Source of the DNA: Thermodesulfobacteriota bacterium
Lineage (GTDB): Bacteria; Desulfobacterota_D; UBA1144; Nemesobacterales; Nemesobacteraceae
Direction of reading: 5' to 3'
DNA length: 64,000 nt
Assembly (NCBI GenBank): GCA_965221875.1
Contig: OZ244920.1
Coordinates: 361,164 to 425,163, forward strand
Made by a program: the position numbers and the translations under genes. Below are positions 37,760 to 46,365 of the stretch, in pieces; the stretch's first letter is position 1, and each line of letters begins with the position of its first letter. The notes beneath the pieces are model-generated. The model did no database searches. It was not told where the DNA came from and was given only the letters and a program-made list of their open reading frames with translations.

Positions 37760-39685
37760 GAGGCATTTGCGTAGTAAAGGATATGCCTGCAGGGCAAGGG
37801 GTTTGGGATGGGCAAAAATATTTCTTACCCCAGAATTTCTACCAAAACCCTCGAAAACCGCCTGATTCTCTCCAGAAACCACAAATTTCACCCCAAGACC
37901 AAACAGATTGAAACTAATGCGGGGGCAAGTAACTTACTGATATTACTTGATTTAATGTCGCCATGGGTTAGAATTAATGGTGACAGCCAAATTCACTTTC
38001 CCGGAGGAAAAAACCCATGGCGACACAATCTAATCTACCTTTTTGCTGGAACCAAGTCGACAAACTCTCCGACCTCAGACGTCTCGAACTTGTTCTAGAT
38101 GCATTGCCTGATGATGAAATCATTCACGCTCTTTTGGCAATGCGCGGAAACGGCCGTAACGAATACCCGGTGGCGGCGATGTGGAGGGCGCTTATTGCTG
38201 GCATAGTCTTCCAGCACGCCTCCATAGAATCACTCATACGGGAACTTGACCGTAACTCATCACTGCTTGAGATGTGCGGGTTTTGCCCCGTACCCCTGCA
38301 AAGCCGTACCAGGTACGAAATTGAACCGAGTGAAGGCATAGCCGGGGTGATAGCCATAGATTCCCCTCCCCGCACTCCCGCTCCCAAAAGCTCTGCCTTC
38401 TCCCGGTTCCTCTCAAACATAGTAAAGCTTGAACAACAGCGGGGGCTTATCTCAAAGATGATTGACACAATGAGGGAAGAGCTGATGGAACTGCTGCCTG
38501 ACTTCGGTGAGAACCTGGGTTATGACGGCAAGGCCGTAGAAAGCCACTCCACGGGAAAGGAGAATCGCAGGACAGGGGAGACTTCAGACCCTGGGGCTGA
38601 CTGGGGAAAACACGAAACCAAAGGCGTTGATTCAAACGGCAAGGCGTGGAAGAAGATAAAAACATGGTTTGGTTACGGATTGCATATCATAGCCGACACC
38701 AGGTACGAGATACCGGTTGCCTTCAGTTTGACCAAGGCGTCTGTTTCGGAAGTGAAGGAACTTGACCGCATGACAGATCTGTTGTTTGGAAAAGCCCCGG
38801 AGTTAAAAAACAGATGCAGATACTTCAGCGCTGACAAGGGGCTTGACAGCGGTGCTTTGAAGAAGAAATTCTGGGATGATTATGAAACTCGTCCCATTAT
38901 AGACATAAGAGAACTTTGGAGAGAGGAGAAGCAGGGACAGAGCTATGTTTGCGGACAGAAGATCATGAGACCTCTTGGGAGTGTTCACGACAATATCTTC
39001 TATACGGAGAAGGGACAGATATGGTGTCGGTGTCCTGTAAGCGGAGAAGAGCGCAAGATGGTATTCAGTGGGTTTGAACCCGGTAGATGCAGTTTGAAGT
39101 TCCGCTGTCCGGCGGCAGTGCTTGGTCTTCACTGCAAAGGGTGGGAGAAGTGTCACAGGGATGCGCAATGCGAGACAAACGGTTACGGCAGGGTCGTACG
39201 CGTGCCTCTTGAGAAGGACCGTCGTATATTTACTCCAACGCCGCGGTGCAGTACATCATGGAAACGGGCTTACAGGCGCAGAAGCGCCATAGAGCGTATC
39301 AACTCCAGAATCGATAACAGTTTCGGGTTCGAAAAACACTTTATCAGGGGCAAGGCGAAGATGACCACCCGGGTGGGGCTGGCTTTGGCGGTGATGATGG
39401 CCCTTGCAGTTGGTCACATAAAAGCTGGGAGGCCTGAGTGTATGAGGTCTCTTGTGGGTGGGGGTTGGGCTAGGGCTGGATAACATCCCGGTGATTCAGT
39501 AAAACAATTTAAACAGTAGTTAACCCAGAAGGGAAAGTTGCGTCCGCGGCTGATCGGGAGAGGTGAATCGGAGGCGGATTACGTCTGAATCGGGCAGTAT
39601 GGCCATCTGAGTGCCGGAATACGTCTCGCCGCCGCTCTCGTTCCAGAAACCTGAACCCTGAAAATCGTTACAGCGCAAATGCCAC
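37760..39685 (+). mobile_element. IS element, copy 2 of 3 identical
   Basis: Identical to 18968..20893; flanked by 5-bp direct repeat aagaa. Confidence 0.9.
38017..39483 (+). CDS. DDE transposase (identical copy)
   Basis: Identical 488-aa translation. Confidence 0.9.
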   Translation: MATQSNLPFCWNQVDKLSDLRRLELVLDALPDDEIIHALLAMRGNGRNEYPVAAMWRALIAGIVFQHASIESLIRELDRNSSLLEMCGFCPVPLQSRTRYEIEPSEGIAGVIAIDSPPRTPAPKSSAFSRFLSNIVKLEQQRGLISKMIDTMREELMELLPDFGENLGYDGKAVESHSTGKENRRTGETSDPGADWGKHETKGVDSNGKAWKKIKTWFGYGLHIIADTRYEIPVAFSLTKASVSEVKELDRMTDLLFGKAPELKNRCRYFSADKGLDSGALKKKFWDDYETRPIIDIRELWREEKQGQSYVCGQKIMRPLGSVHDNIFYTEKGQIWCRCPVSGEERKMVFSGFEPGRCSLKFRCPAAVLGLHCKGWEKCHRDAQCETNGYGRVVRVPLEKDRRIFTPTPRCSTSWKRAYRRRSAIERINSRIDNSFGFEKHFIRGKAKMTTRVGLALAVMMALAVGHIKAGRPECMRSLVGGGWARAG

Positions 39686-39756
39686 AAGAAGGACACCTTT
39701 TATAAATCCCCGGGGACATTATAATTAAGGGCTTAAAATAAAGGAGCACGTTAACG

Positions 39757-41118
39757 TTGATTCCCGATAAAGCTATATTCAGAGAATACGACATAAGGGG
39801 CATAGCGGGGGAGAGCATCACGGAAGAGGTCGTCGAGAGAATCGGAAAAGCCTACGGAACCATGGTGGCCGGGGGCGGCGGGGCGGAGATCTCCGTTGGA
39901 TACGATTGCAGGAGATCCTCCCCGGCATTCCGCGATGCGCTTTGCGAAGGAATAACTTCAACCGGCGTTGACACAGTCGACATAGGGATGGTAACCACCC
40001 CCATGGTTTATTTCTCCACTTTCACCTCGGGCGTTTGTGGCGGAGTGATGGTAACCGCTAGCCACAATCCCTCGGAGTACAACGGGCTTAAAATGTGCGT
40101 CGGCCAGAATTCCCTTTTCGGCGAAGACATACAGAAAATAAGAAAATCGGTTGAAGAGGGCAGGTTCAAAACGGGGAGGGGGAGGAAGAGACAATCGGAC
40201 ATAGTTGAGAGTTACCTTGAGTTTTTCGAGCGAAATCTTCATATAGAACCGGGGATAAAAGTCGCTGCTGACGGCGGCAACGGAACCGCCGGAGTGGTCT
40301 GTCCAGAAACACTCAGGAGATTCGGCTGCGAAGTTCACGAGCTATACATGGACCCTGACGGGGATTTTCCGAACCACCATCCGGATCCCACGGTCGAGGA
40401 AAACCTCTCTGACATAAAAAAAAAGATCGTGGAAGCCGGCCTTGACGTGGGCCTAGCGTTTGACGGGGACGCGGACAGGATAGGAATTGTCGATGAGCAG
40501 GGAAACTCAATGAGCGGAGACATGCTGCTTCTTGTCTATTCGCTTGATCTTCTCGAAACGAATCCGGGAGCAACCATAATAGGGGACGTTAAGTGTTCGG
40601 GGAATCTTTTCTCCAAGATACGGGAAGCTGGCGGAAATCCCATCATGTGGAAAACCGGCCACTCGGTAATCAAGGACAAAATGAAAAAGGAGGGCGCCGA
40701 GCTCGGTGGAGAGATGAGCGGCCACATTTTCTTTAAAAACAGGTTTTTCGGATATGACGACGCTCTTTACGCGGGACTTCGGTTTCTTGAAATCCTCTCG
40801 AAAACGGGGAAAAAGGCCTCGGAACTGCTTACAGGGCTACCTAAAACCTTCGCAACCCCGGAGATAAGAATAGATTGTCCCGATGAAATCAAGTTTCAGG
40901 TAACAGAAGCGGTAAAGAAAAAACTCGGGGAACAAAACGAAGTGATTGACATAGACGGAGTCAGGGTTGAGTACCCGGACGGATGGGGCCTTCTCCGGGC
41001 ATCCAACACCCAGCCCGCCCTAGTGCTTCGTTTTGAAGCTCAGACGGAATCAAGGCTCGCGGAAATAAGGGAAACCGTAGAGAAAACGCTTAAGAAGACT
41101 ATCAGCGAGATCGGCTGA
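39757..41118 (+). CDS. phosphomannomutase/phosphoglucomutase
   Basis: TASHNPSEYNGLK active-site loop; four-domain alpha-D-phosphohexomutase architecture. Confidence 0.8.
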   Translation: MIPDKAIFREYDIRGIAGESITEEVVERIGKAYGTMVAGGGGAEISVGYDCRRSSPAFRDALCEGITSTGVDTVDIGMVTTPMVYFSTFTSGVCGGVMVTASHNPSEYNGLKMCVGQNSLFGEDIQKIRKSVEEGRFKTGRGRKRQSDIVESYLEFFERNLHIEPGIKVAADGGNGTAGVVCPETLRRFGCEVHELYMDPDGDFPNHHPDPTVEENLSDIKKKIVEAGLDVGLAFDGDADRIGIVDEQGNSMSGDMLLLVYSLDLLETNPGATIIGDVKCSGNLFSKIREAGGNPIMWKTGHSVIKDKMKKEGAELGGEMSGHIFFKNRFFGYDDALYAGLRFLEILSKTGKKASELLTGLPKTFATPEIRIDCPDEIKFQVTEAVKKKLGEQNEVIDIDGVRVEYPDGWGLLRASNTQPALVLRFEAQTESRLAEIRETVEKTLKKTISEIG

Positions 41119-41526
41119 TCAGGAACACTCCCTTAGCGGGATAAATTTGTAGGAACTGATATCCGTTCCGTCCGGTGACTTCTTTATCACCCCGACCGTA
41201 ATGGCCATCTCCTCGCCGAACTCAAGAGAATCGGGGTCCTCAGTTTCAACCTGCGCCATGACCCTTACGCCTTCTGGGAAATCGACAAGAGCGAGAACAT
41301 AGGGCACCTTGAATTCCGGCATGCTTCTTCTCACAACCGTAAAAGAATGCAGAATCCCTGTGGGGCTGAGAAACCTTTCTTCCACGTCATCTGAGAAACT
41401 TACAGGGTCCGCAAGGTACCTCGGGAAAGTCCAGTTGTCAGATTCCTTGCAGTAACCCGCAATCAGCCTAACTCTGCCCTCATCATCAGTTGAGAACAAA
41501 TCCTGTCTGAAAATATCTTCGCTCAT
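41119..41526 (-). CDS. hypothetical protein (possibly DUF35-like OB-fold)
   Basis: 135 aa; AAGGAGA SD; weak resemblance to OB-fold acyl-CoA-associated proteins; family call not secure. Confidence 0.3.
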   Translation of the reverse strand: MSEDIFRQDLFSTDDEGRVRLIAGYCKESDNWTFPRYLADPVSFSDDVEERFLSPTGILHSFTVVRRSMPEFKVPYVLALVDFPEGVRVMAQVETEDPDSLEFGEEMAITVGVIKKSPDGTDISSYKFIPLRECS

Positions 41527-41668
41527 GACACTCTCTCCTTAAACGATCGTTTAGCGTGAAGGGAAATTATATACAACTGAAAACAGTTTTCAATTCCCGA
41601 AAAGACCTCCAGAGAAGAAGCCCTTGTCCGGGTTTGTAAAAAAACAGGTGAATTTGTAGAATCCTTAC

Positions 41669-42463
41669 GTGACGGAAAAAATCCCAAGAGCGCTTACCGT
41701 TGCCGGGTCCGATTCAGGAGGAGGGGCGGGAATCCAAGCTGACCTCAAGACTTTTACTGCCTTGGGAGTGTACGGACTTTCCGTGCTCACCTCCGTTACC
41801 GCTCAGAACACCTTGGAGGTAAGCGCAATCCACGACCTTCCCGAGCAGTTTGTGGGGCTGCAGTTTGACGCCGTGATGAGCGACATAGGTTGCGACGCGG
41901 CCAAGCTGGGGATGCTTTCCAATGAAAAAATCATTGAGACCGTGGCGGAAAAAATAGACCGGTACGCAATTGAAAAACTCGTTGTCGACCCCGTGATGAG
42001 TTCAAAAGGTGGAACCTCTCTTTTAAGGAACTCAGCGGAACTTCTAAAAAAAGAGATTCTCCCCAGGGCACTCATAGTGACTCCGAACATACCTGAGGCA
42101 GAAATACTGAGCTCTGTTAGCATAAGCGATATAAGCGACATGAGAACCGCCGCCGAGAAGATTCACTCACTTGGGGCAAAAACAGTTCTTGTAAAAGGCG
42201 GCCATCTCGCGAAAGATCACCCGGCGGTAGATCTTTTTTTCGACGGGAAGACATTTGAAGAACTGGTTAGCGAAAGAATCGAAACGAAGAACACCCACGG
42301 GACCGGGTGCACTCTTTCGGCGGCCGTATGTGCTTTTCTGGCACAGGGAATGTCTCTTCCGGTTTCCCTTGAAAATTCGAAAGCCTTTGTCACGGAGGCG
42401 ATAAGAAACTCTCTGGAGATAGGAAAAGGTCACGGGCCTCTTAATCACCTTGGGAAAACCTGA
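41669..42463 (+). CDS. thiD: hydroxymethylpyrimidine/phosphomethylpyrimidine kinase
   Basis: [23 protein letters not shown]-terminus characteristic of ThiD. Confidence 0.85.
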   Translation: MTEKIPRALTVAGSDSGGGAGIQADLKTFTALGVYGLSVLTSVTAQNTLEVSAIHDLPEQFVGLQFDAVMSDIGCDAAKLGMLSNEKIIETVAEKIDRYAIEKLVVDPVMSSKGGTSLLRNSAELLKKEILPRALIVTPNIPEAEILSSVSISDISDMRTAAEKIHSLGAKTVLVKGGHLAKDHPAVDLFFDGKTFEELVSERIETKNTHGTGCTLSAAVCAFLAQGMSLPVSLENSKAFVTEAIRNSLEIGKGHGPLNHLGKT

Positions 42464-42512
42464 AACCTACGGCTTACTGTTCTCCTGTACTCAAATTCCA
42501 GTCTTCCTTAAA

Positions 42513-43712
42513 TCAGTTCATGCCGGTTTCGCGACGCATAAACCGCCCCATAAGTGGCACTGCCAAAGCATATTTGCCCCATCGGTTTCTGTATACGAGT
42601 CCGGTTCTCATTAAGGTCGAAAGCATCTGACTTATGTGACTGGAACTGAAAGGTTTTACGCCGAGATCTTCCCTGCCGGACAAGCTGACGATATCCCGAA
42701 CGGTAAATTCTTCATCGCAATTATCAAGCGACGCGATCAGCGTAAGTAATTCACGTTGCCTGTCTGTTGCTCTCGCCCACCTAGCGGCAAAAAAATCCGA
42801 ATCAAGCTTTCTGATGATCTCGTCTGTCGGGACTGAGTGGCTACCTTGTATAAAAGCATCGTAAACTTCCCTGCATATGAACTGAATAAAATAAGGATAT
42901 CCGCCAGAAAGATCGACAATAGTCGTTACGCTTTCGGGAGTTAATTGGACGGGACAGTTTGCGTCTTCAATGGGCTTGAGAATAGCGTCTCTGCTGGCTT
43001 CCCCAGAAAGTCGCCCTAACACTACAACATGAAACATTCTTTCCGAATAGGTACGGGCTTTGACTAGGTCCGGAAAAAGGGTGGGCAGACCGGTCAGAAC
43101 CAGAAGCAACCTACACTCTTTTTTTTGAAGAGACTGAAATACTTCAAGAAGAATAGATAGGGGAAATTGCTCTTTTAGAGCTTGGTCGGAGAGGTTCTGG
43201 GCTTCATCATATGCGAATACGAGCCCCTTGGCGCCTGATTCCTTAAGGAAGCTCCAAGCTAACTCAAGTACGAATTTCAGTTTGTCCGACACAAGTCCGG
43301 GAGTCTGTTCATAGGCTTGGAGCAATGTCCCGTAATTAAGCTTGAACTCCACAGACTCAGTATTATCTACAAAACCAACACGCCTGAATTCTTCTTTGCC
43401 TACAGCAATACTCGATGTTACAACAGACAAATCAGCAAGAAGTCTCTTCACTATGTTATCTTCACTAATACTCGCTGACTCAGATAAATCCGTTCCACAC
43501 CACTTCCACCCATCAGCAATGGCAAGGGGCTTGAAAGAATCCAAGAGAACCGTCTTGCCTGTACCCCGAAGACCAGTCAAAATCATGTTCTCCATAATCA
43601 CGTCCTGTTCAAGAAACTTGAGAAATTTTTTCTTCTCCTCCTCACGACCAGCAAGATATGGAGGCGGATGCCCCGCTCCAGGACGGAATGGATTTTGAAA
43701 CTGTTTGGACAT
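42513..43712 (-). CDS. STAND-like ATPase (Arch_ATPase PF01637-like core with a DUF234-like winged-helix C-terminus)
   Basis: NPFRPGAG..PPYLAGREEE...LTGLRGTGKT Walker A; the ATG at 43712 is preferred because of a GAGGTG SD 5 nt upstream. Confidence 0.6.
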   Translation of the reverse strand: MSKQFQNPFRPGAGHPPPYLAGREEEKKKFLKFLEQDVIMENMILTGLRGTGKTVLLDSFKPLAIADGWKWCGTDLSESASISEDNIVKRLLADLSVVTSSIAVGKEEFRRVGFVDNTESVEFKLNYGTLLQAYEQTPGLVSDKLKFVLELAWSFLKESGAKGLVFAYDEAQNLSDQALKEQFPLSILLEVFQSLQKKECRLLLVLTGLPTLFPDLVKARTYSERMFHVVVLGRLSGEASRDAILKPIEDANCPVQLTPESVTTIVDLSGGYPYFIQFICREVYDAFIQGSHSVPTDEIIRKLDSDFFAARWARATDRQRELLTLIASLDNCDEEFTVRDIVSLSGREDLGVKPFSSSHISQMLSTLMRTGLVYRNRWGKYALAVPLMGRFMRRETGMN

Positions 43713-43726
43713 TTTCACACCTCGTT

Positions 43727-43774
43727 AGTTGACAGGCTAAATTTAGTATAAAGGCTAAATTCAACCTGTCAACT
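43727..43774 (-). promoter_or_regulatory. sigma70-type promoter (TTGACA-16-TATACT) embedded in a 10-bp perfect inverted repeat operator
   Basis: On the minus strand, TTGACA (43772-43767) and TATACT (43750-43745); the IR arms AGTTGACAGG (43727-43736) and CCTGTCAACT (43765-43774) bracket the -10 and the predicted +1. Confidence 0.55.
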
Positions 43775-43963
43775 AAAAAATACTAATTATTTATTATCGG
43801 AAAAATCAACCTGGATTAACCAGAGAGACTTTTGAGTCATTATGATTTCGGCCGTTATGCGTCGTGGTTTCAAGTTTGAAACCACAGGTATAATTCCCCT
43901 ATCGAAAGCGTCTGTCCGGAGCGCGACACGTTTGTCCGGACGTAGGATGCTCCGAAGAGTGCA

Positions 43964-44743
43964 ATGCAGCGAGCCGTAACGACGGACTTTTTGCGAGGAT
44001 CAAAACACATGCCCGAAAACCGAACCGAGCGAGCAAATTCCGAACCTGGGACGCACCAGACCCGGCTGGCAATTCCGGTGGTGCTGTTCACGGTGCTGGT
44101 TATCGTGATTCTGACATTGGCGGGCATCGGCGCACGTTACTGGACCCGCGGGGATTTCAACGTTATTCATGCCCTGTTGATTCTGTTCCTTTCGATTAAT
44201 CTGGTGATCTGCTATTGGGAGGTATGCCTGTTCCTCAGACGCGACTATATCGAGCGGCGCACCGAATATTGGCGCAAGCGCTGGCAGGAAACGGGCCGAA
44301 AACCGGCCATCGAATTCCTTACCGCAAAGGTTCCGTTGACGAAGGTGTTGTCGCCGACGGTATGGGCGGATGTCTGGGCGACGTATTCCCAGTTCGACGG
44401 TTCCTACGCAGACCGGCGCACATACGGTTACATTGTGGATGTTGGCAACGGCTTCGTGACCCCGATTCCAACGTTGATTCTCTACGCCGCCTTCACCTTC
44501 GATATTCTGCCCGCCCCCGTCGCGGGCATCGTCGGAGTAATACTGTTCTGGCAGTTGACGTACATAACCTCAGTTTATTGGGTCAGTTTCTTCTCAGCCA
44601 ATCGGCAAACCCGGATCAGCCGAGAGGATATGTACATCTACATCTGGGTGATGAACGCTCCATGGGTGCTTTTCCCGCTGCTGGGACTCTACGTCTCCAT
44701 TCGCCTGATCGTGAACGGCGACTACAGCGTTCTGGGTTATTGA
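43964..44743 (+). CDS. multi-pass membrane protein, possibly EXPERA/EBP-like; locally GC-rich
   Basis: 4-5 predicted TM helices; WATYSQFDGSYADRRTY loosely resembles the EBP W..Y...D..RY motif; true start probably MPENR at 44009. Confidence 0.35.
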   Translation: MQRAVTTDFLRGSKHMPENRTERANSEPGTHQTRLAIPVVLFTVLVIVILTLAGIGARYWTRGDFNVIHALLILFLSINLVICYWEVCLFLRRDYIERRTEYWRKRWQETGRKPAIEFLTAKVPLTKVLSPTVWADVWATYSQFDGSYADRRTYGYIVDVGNGFVTPIPTLILYAAFTFDILPAPVAGIVGVILFWQLTYITSVYWVSFFSANRQTRISREDMYIYIWVMNAPWVLFPLLGLYVSIRLIVNGDYSVLGY

Positions 44744-44910
44744 TAGCGATTTCCAAGGTTCGACGCTGATCAGGCCGATTACCTCGCCGGGGCGTTATGC
44801 GGAATTCCTGCCGAAATGAAGCTGAAACTCCAAAACTTCTCTTTACTGCCAGACAAATTTGTAACAGCATTCACAATCTGACAACTTTATGAGTTCCCAA
44901 ATAGGTTGCT

Positions 44911-45273
44911 TTAATCAGACTTTGCAACTGATTTTAAGTAACCCTTAATCCTGCCGAGGTTTTCGTTTTCTTTTTTTCCCTTGTAATAAATTTCAATGAA
45001 TTCAATCTTCTCTTCGTGTTCAACATATGCGTAAATAATCCGAAGAGATCTATTGCGAAGAGATCTATTGCGAAGAGAGCGACACGCCATACGCGCTTTT
45101 ACTATTTTAATGATTTTGGTGAAATGGATAACTGTAAAATTATTTCCGAAACCGGTTGGAGAGCTTAAAAGAACTTCTTTGAACAGTTTTAAATCGTCGT
45201 TAAGGGTGCCGTATTTTCTAGAGAGCTTCTTCAATTCCCTCCTGAATTCAGGCAGGAAATTAAAGTTCTTCAT
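44911..45273 (-). CDS. RelE/ParE-superfamily toxin-like protein
   Basis: 120 aa; ...RIIYAYVEHEEKIEFIEIYYKGKKENE C-terminal RelE-like core; overlaps the upstream antitoxin-like gene by 14 nt. Confidence 0.5.
   Translation of the reverse strand: MKNFNFLPEFRRELKKLSRKYGTLNDDLKLFKEVLLSSPTGFGNNFTVIHFTKIIKIVKARMACRSLRNRSLRNRSLRIIYAYVEHEEKIEFIEIYYKGKKENENLGRIKGYLKSVAKSD
45041..45078. repeat. 15-bp tandem direct repeat (2 full units plus a partial third) inside the toxin ORF
   Basis: cgaagagatctattg repeated at 45041-45055 and 45056-45070, then cgaagaga...; in frame; encodes RSLRN-RSLRN-RSLR. Confidence 0.85.
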
Positions 45274-46039
45274 ATTCTCTGACAGAAGTCAGTCTAGGGC
45301 GGTAAAACACGTGTTCATACTCAAGCTGCTCCCTGTCCTCGGCCACGACCCAAGGAGTATCAATATGTGACAATTCACTGATTTGCGTAGCAGTCATACA
45401 GCCCAGCCTGCGTATTTCCCAGTTGATATGTTCAAGTTCTTTGGATGAGAGAGACGATATATCTAGTTCTTTTGAATTGACTAAGTATTTCACTTGGTCA
45501 TAGTTGTGAAACTTGGCTTTTACTTCTTTGATCTTGTTTTCTTCCTCAAGTTCTTCAATAATTTTTGCGAACATTACAGGACTAGGTCCATAAGTATTTT
45601 TAATATACTTTGCACCAACTAGCTGCTCCTCGTATTTTTCGTAGTAATCAAAGTCAATAAAATAGAGAATTTTATAAAGCACCGTCTGACCTATATTTGG
45701 TTGGGCACCTACTTGGGCCAAAACATACAAAAGAACCTGTTTGAACTTCTCTACTTTTTCCTGAGGAACACTGATACGGATATTATGTTTTTTAACTGGT
45801 TTTTTCTTCCCTGACTTTTTAATCTCAATATCTGGAGATGGTTGTTCCTTCTCATTAAGAAAATCTTCAAGAGATATGTTAAAAACTTCTGCGAGTTTCC
45901 TAGCTTCACTTACCTTAAGCTCACGCCTTCCAAGCTCAATTTGCACGTAAGTGGCACGAGATACGCCGAGCTCTGAAGCAAGTTCTTGCTGTCTAATAAG
46001 GCGCCTCTTTCGTTGTTCACGTATGAAATTTCCAAGCAT
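45260..46039 (-). CDS. XRE-family HTH plus Panacea (DUF4065)-domain protein, putative PanA-type antitoxin
   Basis: N-terminal HTH (LIRQQELASELGVSRATYVQIELGRR); C-terminal ..TVLYKILYFIDFDYYEKYEEQLVGAKYIKNTYGPSPV.. resembles the Panacea/SocA-like domain. Confidence 0.55.
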   Translation of the reverse strand: MLGNFIREQRKRRLIRQQELASELGVSRATYVQIELGRRELKVSEARKLAEVFNISLEDFLNEKEQPSPDIEIKKSGKKKPVKKHNIRISVPQEKVEKFKQVLLYVLAQVGAQPNIGQTVLYKILYFIDFDYYEKYEEQLVGAKYIKNTYGPSPVMFAKIIEELEEENKIKEVKAKFHNYDQVKYLVNSKELDISSLSSKELEHINWEIRRLGCMTATQISELSHIDTPWVVAEDREQLEYEHVFYRPRLTSVREYEEL

Positions 46040-46365
46040 TATCTAGTCACCCCACGATAAAACTCAATGATTGCAGCAAGAAACGTAAGCAATACTAGCT
46101 TCTTAGCCAGCAACAATATATAAAACTATGGGAATTATATACTTTTCTAACCATCTGTTAGCCTCGCATCAATTTCACGGGTCACAGGAGTCCTTTTGTT
46201 GACGGAACGCTTTTCTCGTTGTTTTCACAAAAAATCTCTAAACATTTCACTACCAATATAAGAAATGTTTATTTTCTTGTCAATAAAATTGATAGATTTT
46301 TATACATTTTGATCTCTGCTCGAGTACATCGCCGACCGGCCCTGCCGAGACTCTCCAGATAAATT

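Noticed and set aside
41560-41668. Looked for a TPP riboswitch upstream of thiD
   Set aside because: No CTGAGA / GGGGTGCC...ACCC-type THI-box elements are visible. thiD appears to have a plain promoter here.
44215-44769. 184-aa ORF in an alternative frame of the GC-rich membrane gene, and similar alternative-frame ORFs at 7103..7700, 8600..9035 and 53416..56400
   Set aside because: These are overlaps typical of GC-rich or long coding regions, with Arg/Pro/Ser-rich junk composition. The host-frame genes (membrane protein, coaE, gltX, smc) are well supported.
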